From positions 62,367 to 126,366 of the forward strand of contig JBBCAW010000005.1 in NCBI GenBank assembly GCA_051382295.1: a stretch of DNA of 64,000 nt, written 5' to 3'. Below, piece by piece: positions 51,610 through 62,111 of this stretch (positions within the stretch are counted from its first letter, which is position 1; every line of letters begins with the position of its first letter). Both the position numbers and the translations under genes were made by a program. A model generated the notes under the pieces. That model was not told the origin of the DNA and made no database searches. It worked only from the letters and a program-made list of their open reading frames with translations. The stretch comes from Bdellovibrionota bacterium FG-1. Its GTDB lineage: Bacteria; Bdellovibrionota; UBA1018.

Positions 51610-52371
51610 ATGCTCTTCAAATCGCAACTCTATCGCATTGTAGGCCTGGGGGTTGGCTTGGCCGTGTTTGCTGCCGAAACTCGGGCGGAAACATTCAAAG
51701 TGATGTGGAATGCCACTGGCCCCGAGCAAGAGTTGATTTCCTGGAATTCTGAGGGGTTAGGTAAACTTAAGTCTGTTTCGACTCACGAAAAAGATCCTTT
51801 GACTGGCAAGCTCACCCAGTACAAAGGGGTGTTGCTCTCAAAAATTCTTGAAAAATCGATGAATGGCCTGACAGTTGATCGTAAAGCTCAGATTGATTTA
51901 CTGATTTTTAAGAATGCATCGGGCGGCCAAGTCTTAGTCCCGCGGTCGGTGGTGACCAAGTATCCGGTGCTACTGGCTCTCAAAGGGGATCAAGTCTCGT
52001 TGGTGATGCCCTGGACCTCCAAGCCCAAGATGATGCAGGAAGGGCTGCCGGTGGAAACTTACTTTTTGGCAGATGTGTCGCGGCTCGATTTGTCCAATTA
52101 TCAAGAACGTTATGGAAATCTGCTGTTGAAGCGCCGTACTGATCCGCTGGCAGTTCGGGGCGAAAAAATCTTTGTTCAAAATTGCATCAGCTGCCATTCC
52201 AACGGGAAAATTTCGGTTTTGACCGAGGTCAAAGGCGATTCGATTTTACGGGGCCTGGCCGGAACGGCCCATTTGAAGGTCAAAGGAAGCCCCAAGCTCA
52301 CGGAGCGCGACTTGAAGTCACTTTTGAATTATCTGGGCGCCTATCGCGTCGAAAATACGCTCGCTAAATAG
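51610..52371 (+). CDS. Exported c-type cytochrome domain protein
   Basis: Signal peptide; GEKIFVQNCISCH heme motif. Confidence 0.85.
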   Translation: MLFKSQLYRIVGLGVGLAVFAAETRAETFKVMWNATGPEQELISWNSEGLGKLKSVSTHEKDPLTGKLTQYKGVLLSKILEKSMNGLTVDRKAQIDLLIFKNASGGQVLVPRSVVTKYPVLLALKGDQVSLVMPWTSKPKMMQEGLPVETYFLADVSRLDLSNYQERYGNLLLKRRTDPLAVRGEKIFVQNCISCHSNGKISVLTEVKGDSILRGLAGTAHLKVKGSPKLTERDLKSLLNYLGAYRVENTLAK

Positions 52372-52375
52372 TCGA

Positions 52376-53017
52376 TCAATTCCATTGAACCGAGACTTGG
52401 ACGATTTTTTCTTCCGAGCGTTGAATTTTGACAAAACCATTTTGGCGCCCGAAATTAAAGATGTCGCGGGTGACTTTGACGTCTTGCATGCAGTAATCCA
52501 TGACTTTTTGAATTTGGCCGGCTTTATACCACTCTACCGCCATAAGACCGTCCGCCGATTTTCCTTCGCCGAGGGTTCCTCGTGCTACCGCTTCGAGTTT
52601 TAAAAATTGCTGACGAGTGAGGGTTTGGAGGTCATACATGATGTCAAACGCATCAATCCTCTGAATGTTCAGGCCATAAGGGACCATGACGGGCAAGTCA
52701 AAACCTCGGATATTGTAGCCGATCACGAGGCGCTCTTCACAGAGGTCGATCAGTTTTTTGAGTTCTTCCTCGCGATAACCGATGAATTGATCTGTCTTAC
52801 TGTCATAGGCGCAGGCCACTGAAATCCCCAGCTTGTCGATGTTATCCCAGCCCCCTACATCCTGCACAAGTTTTTGGGTTTCAACGTCGATGATCAGAAA
52901 ATGCCGATGTTTGAGAAATAAACTCGACGGGACCACATCTTCCGAAAAGGGGACGCAGCTATTATGCCGCCAAAAAGAAGGATTGAGTTTGATGCGGGTC
53001 GTTGTTTCGTTTGCCAT
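52376..53017 (-). CDS. RNase H-like / DEDD 3'-5' exonuclease domain protein (YprB/RNase_H_2-like)
   Basis: IDVET, GYNIRGFD, YCMQDV. Confidence 0.85.
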   Translation of the reverse strand: MANETTTRIKLNPSFWRHNSCVPFSEDVVPSSLFLKHRHFLIIDVETQKLVQDVGGWDNIDKLGISVACAYDSKTDQFIGYREEELKKLIDLCEERLVIGYNIRGFDLPVMVPYGLNIQRIDAFDIMYDLQTLTRQQFLKLEAVARGTLGEGKSADGLMAVEWYKAGQIQKVMDYCMQDVKVTRDIFNFGRQNGFVKIQRSEEKIVQVSVQWN

Positions 53018-53128
53018 GAATTCCTCTGAAGTAGCTGGAACGAATAGCTGGAAAATGCAAATTTCGAAAGCCCCCGTTTGCAACCGGCCCGCTCTGAAGC
53101 TAGGATGCCTCCCCAGGAGATGAGCTTT

Positions 53129-54565
53129 ATGCCTAAAACACCAGCGGAATATCTGAAACAGAATTTTGAAACCTATCTCGAAGATCTGAAAACATTGGCT
53201 CGGATTCCGAGTGTGAGTTTTGAAGGTTTTCCTGAAGCCGAAGTCCGTCGTAGCGCGGAGTCAGTGGCAGAACTTCTCAAAAAACGTGGACTTGAGAATG
53301 TTCAGATTTTAGAGGTTCCTGGCGCCCATCCCTATGTTTTTGGTGAACGGCTCCGAGCGCCAGGCAAACCGACGCTTTTGCTTTATGCCCACTATGATGT
53401 TCAGCCGGCCGGTCGGACGGAACATTGGAAGACCCCCCCTTTTGAACCTACGATTTGCGAGGGGCCTGGGGGGGCGCGACTTTATGGACGAGGGACCGCT
53501 GATGATAAGGCCGGGGTGGTGATTCACACCTCGGCAGTCGATGCTTATCTCAAAACAGTGGGAGAGCTTCCGGTCAACGTTAAGGTGGTCATCGAGGGCG
53601 AGGAAGAAGTGGGCAGCCCTCATTTAGATGAATTTGTAAAAATCTATCGCAAAAAGCTGGATGCCGATGTGTTGGTGCTTACCGATACGGACAATCATGA
53701 TTCAGGGGTGCCGGCTTTGACCGTCGCTTTGCGTGGATTGGTTGGTCTCGAAGTCGAAGTTCGCTCTTTGAGTAAGACGGTTCACTCTGGAATGTGGGGG
53801 GGGCCAGTTCCTGATCCCGCGATGGCCCTTTCAAAAATGTTGGCGACCTTGGTCGATGATCAAGGGCATATTGCCGTTGCGGGAGTGATGGACGGGGTCA
53901 AGCCGATTACCGACGCCGAACGAAAGGGTTTCAAAAAAATCCCCTTCCGCGAGGCTGATTTTCGTAAGCAGTGTGGCCTGATTGATTCAGCCCAAATTTT
54001 GAAGCCTGATTTGCCTCTCGAACAAAGAGGCCAGACTCTCGATGTGTTACCTTCGATTCAAACTTGGCGCTTGCCCAGTCTCACGGTCAACGCGATCCAA
54101 GCGTCTTCGCGAAAAAGTGCGAGTAATATCATTAATGATACGGCCTGGGCCAAGGTCACGATTCGTTTGGTCGATGGCATGAATCCTGAGCTCGTGGCTC
54201 GTCAACTCGAAGAACATCTGCGGGCGCGAACGCCTTGGGGACTTGAAGCGACTTTTAAACTCGACTCTTGTGGTCCTGCTTGGTCGACGGATACTCAGCA
54301 TCCCGTGTTTGAGGCCGCAGATCGAGCATTGGCTCAAGGTTATGGCAAAGAGCCTTTGCACATTGGTTGCGGGGGAAGCATCGGCTTTGTGAAACCTTTT
54401 GCGGATGCGCTCGGCGGCGTGCCCGCGTTGTTGGTGGGCGTTGAAGACCCCTATACTAACGCGCATGGCGAAAATGAGAGCATGCTGATCAGTGATTTTC
54501 GAAGTGCTTGCCTAGGTCAGGTTTTCTTGTTTGCCGAGAATTTGAAGCTCACGCGAACTCGTTAA
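53129..54565 (+). CDS. M20-family metallo-dipeptidase
   Basis: HYDVQP, GRGTADDK, EGEEE.GS, HGENE. Confidence 0.93.
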   Translation: MPKTPAEYLKQNFETYLEDLKTLARIPSVSFEGFPEAEVRRSAESVAELLKKRGLENVQILEVPGAHPYVFGERLRAPGKPTLLLYAHYDVQPAGRTEHWKTPPFEPTICEGPGGARLYGRGTADDKAGVVIHTSAVDAYLKTVGELPVNVKVVIEGEEEVGSPHLDEFVKIYRKKLDADVLVLTDTDNHDSGVPALTVALRGLVGLEVEVRSLSKTVHSGMWGGPVPDPAMALSKMLATLVDDQGHIAVAGVMDGVKPITDAERKGFKKIPFREADFRKQCGLIDSAQILKPDLPLEQRGQTLDVLPSIQTWRLPSLTVNAIQASSRKSASNIINDTAWAKVTIRLVDGMNPELVARQLEEHLRARTPWGLEATFKLDSCGPAWSTDTQHPVFEAADRALAQGYGKEPLHIGCGGSIGFVKPFADALGGVPALLVGVEDPYTNAHGENESMLISDFRSACLGQVFLFAENLKLTRTR

Positions 54566-55669
54566 TTGGAGAGTAACGGCTCCGAGGGCAGACAGAGTGA
54601 GAAGAAATCCGGTCGCGCCAAAGTAATAGGTGCTTGCGCCGGTGACCAGGGGTCCTACCAGTGAACCCAGGCCGTAGGCTCGCGCAAAGGCGCCCGAGGC
54701 GAACCCATAATGGGCTTGCGGGACACCTTGCAACATCCAGGTAAAGCCAGTGGGGTAGATACCGCCAGCCAACACTCCAAAAAGGGCACACAACAAGAAT
54801 GCCGCGCCTTCACCTTGAAGGTGGAGGGCCGCCAGCGCTAAGGGCAGGAGAAATAATCCAGAAAAAAGAAGTCGTAAGGTCGGGCGGGCGCCCCAGCGGT
54901 CGGTGGCAATTCCCCAACCGACTGAACTCAAGGCGGCCGCGACTATACAAACCATCAAAGATTTTTCAGGCAGGACATGAAACTGGGTGACTGCGAGCAC
55001 CGGAAACACCGCAACCAAGCCCGCCTCCATGAATCCGTAGCTTGCGCCGCAGGCCAGGGGGCCTCGGCCCGCAGGGGGTGGGGGGAGGGTGTTTTCAAAG
55101 TCGGTTGCGGGCACCTGGATCAGGACCAGGCTAAAAACGCCCAAAAAAACGGCGATTGCCGCCACCGCCGCGAGCGATTGAGAGAGATGGTTTGTGGTGA
55201 GGTTGAGAAGCGGTCCTGCCAAAAGGCCGACCGACAAAGCCACGCCGTAATAGGAAAGCCATTGCCCCCGAGTCTCTTCGGGTGACACTCGGCCTAATAT
55301 AAAATCAGCGCCGACCAGCACAGCGCTGATGGCGAGGCCTTCCAGCAGGCGAATGGCCAAAAGCAGGATCTCGGAGTGAGTTTGCCCCATCAAAAGCAAG
55401 CTGATCGCGTAAGCAAAAAGCCCCCAGCCCATCAAACGGTGGACGAGCCCGCGATCCGCTAATGTTCCATAACGGTAGGTCGAAATAAAAATTCCTAGAT
55501 ACATCATGGTGGCACTGAGACCTGAGGAAAGCGCGAGTCGGTTGGAATGGGCGAGCAGTTCAGGTAACTTGGGGGCAACGACTCCTTGGCCCATGCCGCA
55601 AAGACACACACAAATCAGCGCCAAAAAGCGGGGATCGTGGTGTCGGGTGAGACGGGTGAAAAATAACAT
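54512..55669 (-). CDS. MFS transporter
   Basis: About 12 hydrophobic segments; G.LADR.G-like motif in both halves. Confidence 0.88.
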   Translation of the reverse strand: MLFFTRLTRHHDPRFLALICVCLCGMGQGVVAPKLPELLAHSNRLALSSGLSATMMYLGIFISTYRYGTLADRGLVHRLMGWGLFAYAISLLLMGQTHSEILLLAIRLLEGLAISAVLVGADFILGRVSPEETRGQWLSYYGVALSVGLLAGPLLNLTTNHLSQSLAAVAAIAVFLGVFSLVLIQVPATDFENTLPPPPAGRGPLACGASYGFMEAGLVAVFPVLAVTQFHVLPEKSLMVCIVAAALSSVGWGIATDRWGARPTLRLLFSGLFLLPLALAALHLQGEGAAFLLCALFGVLAGGIYPTGFTWMLQGVPQAHYGFASGAFARAYGLGSLVGPLVTGASTYYFGATGFLLTLSALGAVTLQLTSSRELQILGKQENLT

Positions 55670-55672
55670 GAT

Positions 55673-57436
55673 TTAGGCGGCCTTGGATTCGGTTTTGGGA
55701 TGGGGTTGTCTCACCGAATTTCCAACCGGGGCCTTACCTTTGGAGGCCTTTCGGCTTTTGGCGCGTCCGACTTCAAATAGGACTTTGCCAGTCATATAAC
55801 CGGTCACCAAGAAGATGACATGATTGAGATTCATGACCAAAAATTGAAGTCTCGCTGAGGTCAAGGCAAAGGCCAGGACAAGGACCAGCATGCCGATGGC
55901 AAAGAGCGGTTCCCGCAGTCTGCGAAATTGATGAAGTTGAAGGCCAACGAGAGTCGCCAGGCAAAGGGAACTCCCGACATCTTTGTTGGCGATCAGATAT
56001 TTAAAGATACCAGGTTGAAAAAATTGAAAAGGATGGACGAGAACGGCGTAGTTGATAAAGTCATCAAAAAGGCTGACTACCGCCACAAAAGGAACTAGAA
56101 AAGTCAGTTTGTGTTTGCGTTCTGCCCAGTGGATTGCAACGCAAAAGGTCACGCCCCAAAGAAAAAAGTGATTGGCATCGAAATAGAGAAAGTCGCTGAC
56201 GACGCTTCGAAGGGGCCATTCAGTGAGAGGCGCCGAGGCAAAAAAACCGTATTTCGTAAGGACCTTTTCGGGCAAAGAGCCAAAGTGGTTGATCAGCGCA
56301 AAACTCAAAAAGTTGATTACGACCATGGCCGCCGTGAGCGGATAGCGCAAAACGGGTTTACTGATCGTGCGCAGGAACCAATGGGGGGTGAGTTGAAGCT
56401 GGGGTTTGAAAGAGAGCAGAAGAGCCCATAGTACCTTAATCCAAGCGCGACTATCGGGCAAATCGGCTAAATCATTTTTGACGCAAAGGTGGACACTTTC
56501 CCAGCGTTGGGGTTTGAAACGTTTACGGTAGATCTCCATGCCTTGAAAATTATAAAATCGACTGAAGGTGGCTGGAATCGTTTGCATGAAGAAGCGCACG
56601 GTTTTCGGGATAGGTCCGGCGGCTGAATGGCCATCCACGCTGTTCATTGATACGACGCCGAGGCTTGCTTGGCGTGCGCCGGAATGTTGCAGGCTGACCA
56701 TGGCTTCGAGGGTCAGGAGTTCGCCCGTGCCACGGGGGGCGTGGGGCCTGGTGATGAGATCTTCCAAGTAATAGCTTTGAATTCCGGGCACGGGGGTGGC
56801 GACAAGGTAAGCCTCAACGCGTTCAGCGGATTTCAGGATAAAGTATCGGCGGTCTTGCATGTGCGCGAACGGATCGGTTGCGTTCATGAACCCGGTGAGG
56901 GCAACCAGTCGCTCGCTGGACCAGCGGTGATAGATTTCTTCCATGACTTTGCGCTTCGAGGGATCCGTTTGAATTTCAGCGGCGGTCCATTCTTCGACTC
57001 GAAGACCGGCGTGAATCGCTTGATTTCGAGCGGAGCGAACACCTTTGCCGGCGTTTCCCTTGGGGATACAGTCGGCAAGATCAACCCAGGGTTCTTCGCC
57101 GGCTTTGATCCACTGAAAGCCTTCTTGTTCGAGGATTTGGCAAAAGGGGCGATAAACGGCCGCAAAGGCTGAAATTTTTGGACGAACCGTTGCACAAAAC
57201 TCCGTCCAAGCTTTCTTAAAAGCGGTGGCTGTTTCGGGCCCATATTCGGTGGCTGAGGCGGGGAGGAGGGGCTCGAGCGCCAAAAGAGTGACTGACCCGA
57301 TCTGCGTGAAGCCAAAAATCCATCCATCGGAGCTTTCAAAGAAGCGAAGTTTGGCTAAAAACCAGACGAAATGGCTGGAATTTCGCCCCTCTTTTCGAAA
57401 ACGTTCATAGGCTGGGGATGATTCGATAAACGGCAT
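55673..57436 (-). CDS. Aminoacyl-tRNA-dependent lipid aminoacyltransferase-like protein (DUF2156/MprF catalytic domain) with C-terminal membrane domain
   Basis: KAGEEPWVDL, APRGTGELL, YNFQGMEIYRKRFKPQRWE; several TMs at the C-terminus. Confidence 0.8.
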   Translation of the reverse strand: MPFIESSPAYERFRKEGRNSSHFVWFLAKLRFFESSDGWIFGFTQIGSVTLLALEPLLPASATEYGPETATAFKKAWTEFCATVRPKISAFAAVYRPFCQILEQEGFQWIKAGEEPWVDLADCIPKGNAGKGVRSARNQAIHAGLRVEEWTAAEIQTDPSKRKVMEEIYHRWSSERLVALTGFMNATDPFAHMQDRRYFILKSAERVEAYLVATPVPGIQSYYLEDLITRPHAPRGTGELLTLEAMVSLQHSGARQASLGVVSMNSVDGHSAAGPIPKTVRFFMQTIPATFSRFYNFQGMEIYRKRFKPQRWESVHLCVKNDLADLPDSRAWIKVLWALLLSFKPQLQLTPHWFLRTISKPVLRYPLTAAMVVINFLSFALINHFGSLPEKVLTKYGFFASAPLTEWPLRSVVSDFLYFDANHFFLWGVTFCVAIHWAERKHKLTFLVPFVAVVSLFDDFINYAVLVHPFQFFQPGIFKYLIANKDVGSSLCLATLVGLQLHQFRRLREPLFAIGMLVLVLAFALTSARLQFLVMNLNHVIFLVTGYMTGKVLFEVGRAKSRKASKGKAPVGNSVRQPHPKTESKAA

Positions 57437-57579
57437 TGTGTCCTTACTTTCGTCCTTAAAAGAAGTCCTTGAGGAAAGATCGGTACAACGAGGGGCAAAG
57501 TTAAGGGGAATTTGGGCGGTTTTGGGTTGTCGGTTTGTACGTCAATGCGGTGTCAGTGGGGTCGGTGGTGTCAGTGGCC

Positions 57580-57603
57580 CGAGCTGCCTCTGCGCGGCAG
57601 TAC
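57580..57603 (-). repeat. Inverted copy of the REP-like palindrome at 1215-1292
   Basis: Reverse complement GTACTGCCGCGCAGAGGCAGCTCG, 23/24 identical to 1265-1288. Confidence 0.85.
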
Positions 57604-57694
57604 GAACTGTGGGCCCTCTTTTAAGTCTCTAACTATTAGTTCCGTAGGCTTATTCAGATGCGAATGCCCCGCCATCCCGATCATCTGGCCCCCC

Positions 57695-57731
57695 AAAAAG
57701 ACGAAGGCCAGGGTTTTTTGCCCCGGCCTTC
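57695..57731 (-). terminator. Intrinsic terminator
   Basis: Minus strand GAAGGCCGGGG...CCCTGGCCTTC-GTCTTTTT. Confidence 0.7.
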
Positions 57732-57759
57732 CCGATTGAGTTCTTAGCTTTGCCTTGAA

Positions 57760-58522
57760 TTAGAAGGCTGCGCCGACCCCGAAGATGTTGGTCGTGACGC
57801 TCTTCTGTTGGGAATCCTGACCGCCGCTTTGTGCGACATCGTAGTCATGATCCCAGCAGACGCCCACTGGGGAGCCAGCGATCTTGTCGAGTCTCACTGA
57901 ATTGTGGACTTGGACAAAGTTAGAAGAGGGGTCATCTTTTTGATTATGGCCTGTGACCTCACCCGTCTTTGAATCTTTAACATCTTCCATGTGTGAATAC
58001 TGAACGGTATCCAAAGACACGCTAGCGTGATCGCGTATGTTGAAGGCTTTGCCGATTTGGATACCGGCGCAGGCTTCGGCACCCAGTCCAAGCGAAGCGC
58101 CATTTGATCTACCCATCATGGTGATTTCGCCGAGCTTGATCGTGCCCTTGGCGCCGGCACACAGGTCGAAATTGACATCGTTAATCTTGAATGCCACTTG
58201 TCCGTGAATCTTAAGATATTCAAGGACTGCTGCATTGACTTCAACCCCCAGGGGTCTATTCGATCCCCGCTCATAGAGAACCGAAACTGTTTCAAAGGAT
58301 AGCGCTCCTTCAGCTCGTTCTTTCCCGGTGGTGGGATCTTTTGTTACGCCGTAAACAGTCTGGATTGCACCCACACCTAGACTAGGTGAGCGAACATCGT
58401 AAGAAACTAATTTGACCGCCTCGCCATCGGATTTGGCAAAGCGTATTTGTCCGTCCGCGCCGAGCCAGAGCTTAAAGGCACCATAGGTTGTGGGACTCCT
58501 CTCGTCATCTTCTCCTCTTTTT
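57760..58522 (-). pseudogene. Outer-membrane beta-barrel-like gene lacking an in-frame start/signal peptide
   Basis: Ends FGVGAAF (beta-signal-like); frame open ~49 codons upstream of GTG 58374 with no start; SD+ATG near 58508 is out of frame. Confidence 0.5.
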
Positions 58523-58758
58523 CAGTTTTCTCTCTATTTAAGCTTTCCTTGCTGGCTGGAGGTCATTGCAGTGGGCGTGCCACTGGGACGATGGCTCGAG
58601 GTATTTGGCGATTTCAAGCGTAATTTGGAGGGGTTGGGTGTTTTTGAATGAGTATTATTGAGAAAACATCGTGGTCCGGCGCTGTCTCGGTTTTTTACAG
58701 GTGTCGAACGAATTTGGCCCTGGGTCTGGGGGGACACGGCGACGACCAATCCCGCGAA

Positions 58759-59679
58759 CTACTCGCTATCCCGATCATCTGGCCCAAAATGGCCGTATTC
58801 GTAATGCCGGCCTTCTTCGAGGTCCGCGACGATTTTTTTGCAAAACGGGGGGGCGTCCTCATAGCCTGGCACGTTCGACGTCCTTGCGTGGCGGGGTTCG
58901 TAAAGTACGATCGTGAAGTCGTTTCGATACAAAGCTTCAATGATCGAGGGGAGCGCTACGGCGGTGTGGGCCCAAACATCATGAAATAAGAGAATCCCTC
59001 GAGGTCGAGTCGCGAGTTGCGTCATCACTTGATTGTAAATCATCCCCGGCGTGGATTCGGCGTGGCAGTCCGTCGAGTCGACATCCCAAAAAAACGCGGC
59101 TTGATGAGCATCCCGAAGGGCGTTGTAAGAAACCGTGTTGATTTCGCCTCCGGGGAATCTAAAAAAGGGCACCTCAAGGCCCGTGGATTTCCCGACTAGG
59201 TAACTGCCGCACTCGATCTGTTCGCGCGCATAGGCCGGCGAGGGGTTTCGCATAATGGGATGGTTGATGGAGTGGGAGCCGATCACGTGGCCGGCCGCCG
59301 CGACCTTTTTTGCGATATTTTTAAAATAGAAAGCGTTTTTTCCCATCATGAAAAAATTGACTCGTAGGCCGGCGCTCGCGAGGATCTTGAGGATATTTAC
59401 TGTTTTCTGAGGCTGCGGACCGTCGTCAAAACTCAGGTTGACTTCATGGTCACCCAGTTCACCCTCGGGGATCGCGCCGGCGTTTTGCAACCAGCGGATT
59501 TTGGGTTGAGTAGAGTACAGCGGAGAATGCTCCGTATCGATCGAGACCGTGCGGGTCCAGGGCCGGGTTCGAGTGGCTAGGTGGGGGTCCAGATTGACGG
59601 TGAGTTTGTCCGCTCGGCTGGTGACTGGGGTCATGACGACCAGAAACCCGAAGATGAAGGTGAGGGGTGTTCGATCCAT
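58759..59679 (-). CDS. Polysaccharide/peptidoglycan deacetylase (CE4, NodB-like)
   Basis: SFDDGP, HSINH, FRFPGG, LFHD; signal peptide. Confidence 0.92.
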   Translation of the reverse strand: MDRTPLTFIFGFLVVMTPVTSRADKLTVNLDPHLATRTRPWTRTVSIDTEHSPLYSTQPKIRWLQNAGAIPEGELGDHEVNLSFDDGPQPQKTVNILKILASAGLRVNFFMMGKNAFYFKNIAKKVAAAGHVIGSHSINHPIMRNPSPAYAREQIECGSYLVGKSTGLEVPFFRFPGGEINTVSYNALRDAHQAAFFWDVDSTDCHAESTPGMIYNQVMTQLATRPRGILLFHDVWAHTAVALPSIIEALYRNDFTIVLYEPRHARTSNVPGYEDAPPFCKKIVADLEEGRHYEYGHFGPDDRDSE

Positions 59680-59806
59680 AGAGGATGCGTGTATCGCATT
59701 GCGTCACGCTGGAGTCAAGCCCGGAAAGAGTTGCCGATTGCGATCGTTAATGATTCCATTACACTGAAACCAAAGTCCATTCGAACAACCGGAGAACTCC
59801 CTCTTT

Positions 59807-60385
59807 ATGAAAATGATTCAACCCCTGGTATTGATCAGCATTGTTTTGAGTATGAGCAGCCTTTGCGCCGCGGGAGTCAGTCAAAATCTCGTTTCCGGGA
59901 AGCGGGTGATGCCAAAGATGCCAGCGCCGGATTTACATTTCGTAATTACTCCGAGTCCCATTGTCGTGAATGCGAGCAGGGTAGGAAATGCACCCGTCAC
60001 GGTATCTTTGGTGACACTTGTGGGTTATACTTACACCGCAAGTCTGAAGATTCCTCCGTTGCCGGCCGGACAGGGTTGTGACTGGGAAGTTGACTTTTTG
60101 GAGACTAAATCCGCGGCTCACTTTGATTTATGCAAATCAAATTTTTCAGCAAAGCAGTCCTTTCAAGTGGATATTTCAAAAACAGAGCCAGGCAAAGCGC
60201 TGACGGCTGATGCTATAGCGAAATGTACTAATTCTCCGTCCGGCACGGGACCCTTCAGAATGCGGGTTCCCCTTCCTCAAGGAACTGTGAATATTTTTGT
60301 CAAAGGGAAGGGCGCGGCGGTGGTTCAAACCCTCACCCAAACTGCACCCGGTGGCGAAATCATGGCTGAGATCTATTGTAACTGA
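59807..60385 (+). CDS. Exported hypothetical protein
   Basis: Signal-like N-terminus, four Cys in the mature part. Confidence 0.65.
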   Translation: MKMIQPLVLISIVLSMSSLCAAGVSQNLVSGKRVMPKMPAPDLHFVITPSPIVVNASRVGNAPVTVSLVTLVGYTYTASLKIPPLPAGQGCDWEVDFLETKSAAHFDLCKSNFSAKQSFQVDISKTEPGKALTADAIAKCTNSPSGTGPFRMRVPLPQGTVNIFVKGKGAAVVQTLTQTAPGGEIMAEIYCN

Positions 60386-60418
60386 CAGGAGTAACTCACT
60401 GGCCAGCGCGAGTCTCCC

Positions 60419-60799
60419 ATGAAATACCTACACACGATGCTCCGAGTGATGAATCTGGAAACCTCCCTCAAGTTTTATTGCGAGGGGTTGGGGTTTCACC
60501 TAGTGAAACGCAATGACTTCCCTGACGAGAAGTTTACCTTGGCGTTTCTTCGTGCCGAGGATGACGATGATAGCGGCCCTTTGATTGAGCTGACTCATAA
60601 TTGGGAGACGGCTTCCTACGAGCGTGGCAATGCCTACGGACATGTGGCCTATCGAGTGCAATCGATTGAGGTCATTCAGGCGCGTCTACGCAAGCATGGG
60701 TATGATTTGAGCTGGGGGCCCGGCAAAACTCCGAGTGGTAAAGGGTTGATGGCCTTTGTTGATGATCCGGATGGATACGAGATTGAGCTGTTAGAATAA
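60419..60799 (+). CDS. gloA: Lactoylglutathione lyase / VOC family
   Basis: YLHTMLRV, IELTHNW, YGHVA, DPDGYEIEL. Confidence 0.9.
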   Translation: MKYLHTMLRVMNLETSLKFYCEGLGFHLVKRNDFPDEKFTLAFLRAEDDDDSGPLIELTHNWETASYERGNAYGHVAYRVQSIEVIQARLRKHGYDLSWGPGKTPSGKGLMAFVDDPDGYEIELLE

Positions 60800-60874
60800 C
60801 GCATGTAGTTATTACATTTGACAAAAAGAGTTGGATATAATATTTACACACTGGCCCGAAAAGGATTGGTGTGT

Positions 60875-62095
60875 ATGATCCGATTTTCATTCGTTATTTT
60901 AAGTATCTTGGGGGTGGTTTCGTTGGTTTCTGGCGCCCGTGCCGACGAAGTCCAAGTGTTTGGGAGTCCTCCTCTAGAGTTTTCTTCAGACGATATTGCG
61001 GGCCGCGCTTGTCTCGCTCGGGTCAATGAAGCCCGTACCTGGACGCGAGATATTTTGGGCGATCGCATCCCCTGGCTCAATCAACCGATTATTTGTGAGG
61101 TGGCGGCCGACACCGGCTGTGGTTCCGCGATGTACGGAAACGAACTTCAGTTTCTCACGGGCGATAAGGGCTGCACGCGGGCGGTATTGATTTCGGAATA
61201 TGTCTACCATGAATGGGCGCACGGCCTGAATCGCGAATTGGCCGGAATCATTCGTGGCGATTTGGATGAGGCCATGGCCGATGTGTTTGCCGTGTATATG
61301 ACCGGGGACTCCCGCTTTGGCAAGGGCATGTACTTCGAACGCGAACACTCCTGGCCGCGGGATATCAGCGAGCGCAAAATCTATGACGGCCTGACCAAGC
61401 AACTCTATACGCAAAGCGAGACCCTTTCGGGAGTGTGGTGGGATTTTCGAGAACGGTTGAGTAAAACTTTGGGTGTAACGACTGGAACACGCTTAGCGCG
61501 TGAAGTGTTTTTGTGGCATCTCAAGCTGATGGGGCAAGGAGTGTTGGGAAGTCCCGAACTCACGCGCGATTCAGCTTATGCCCTCGCTGCGGTGGAGGAT
61601 CTCGGAAACCCGCTAGCGCGTTGTGCTCTCGTTAATTCGTATCTGGATCATGGTTTCAAGCTCGTATCGGATTGCCTGCGTGAGCATTTGCCCTCGGGGG
61701 ATGAACTCGTGTTGGCGGCGGCCTTAGCGCCATCCCCCCTGTTTTCGGCTGAAGCCTCCGCAGTGTTTCCGATGGAAATTCCAGATGCTCAAACGCTCAC
61801 CCTCAAATTCGAAGTGAAAGCGCCCGCAAAAGCGCGGGCGCGTGGGTTGGTGCTCAAAACCAAAATCGCGCATCCGCTTTCGGATGATTTGTTGATTCGC
61901 GTGACCGCGCCCGATGGGTTTCATCATGACATCTATAAAGGCGAGGAAGAATTGGCCGTGCCCAATGAAATCACCGACCGCTTTCTTTTTGATGGCCGCC
62001 CCGTGAACGGCACTTGGAAAGTGGAGATCGTTAATTTCGGTACGGGGCTGCACGGAGTGATTCATGCGATGGGGTTGAGTGTGATTGGGAAGTAG
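60875..62095 (+). CDS. Secreted M4/M36-like zinc metallopeptidase with C-terminal P-domain
   Basis: HEWAHG...DEAMADVFA; IPD...I.H...DL.I...APDG...GTWKV. Confidence 0.8.
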   Translation: MIRFSFVILSILGVVSLVSGARADEVQVFGSPPLEFSSDDIAGRACLARVNEARTWTRDILGDRIPWLNQPIICEVAADTGCGSAMYGNELQFLTGDKGCTRAVLISEYVYHEWAHGLNRELAGIIRGDLDEAMADVFAVYMTGDSRFGKGMYFEREHSWPRDISERKIYDGLTKQLYTQSETLSGVWWDFRERLSKTLGVTTGTRLAREVFLWHLKLMGQGVLGSPELTRDSAYALAAVEDLGNPLARCALVNSYLDHGFKLVSDCLREHLPSGDELVLAAALAPSPLFSAEASAVFPMEIPDAQTLTLKFEVKAPAKARARGLVLKTKIAHPLSDDLLIRVTAPDGFHHDIYKGEEELAVPNEITDRFLFDGRPVNGTWKVEIVNFGTGLHGVIHAMGLSVIGK

Positions 62096-62111
62096 GCGGA
62101 GCGCCCCCCGT

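Noticed and set aside
51116..51729. Short ORFs in the rimP upstream region
   Set aside because: Arg-rich translations of GC-rich palindromic DNA, better explained as structured non-coding elements.
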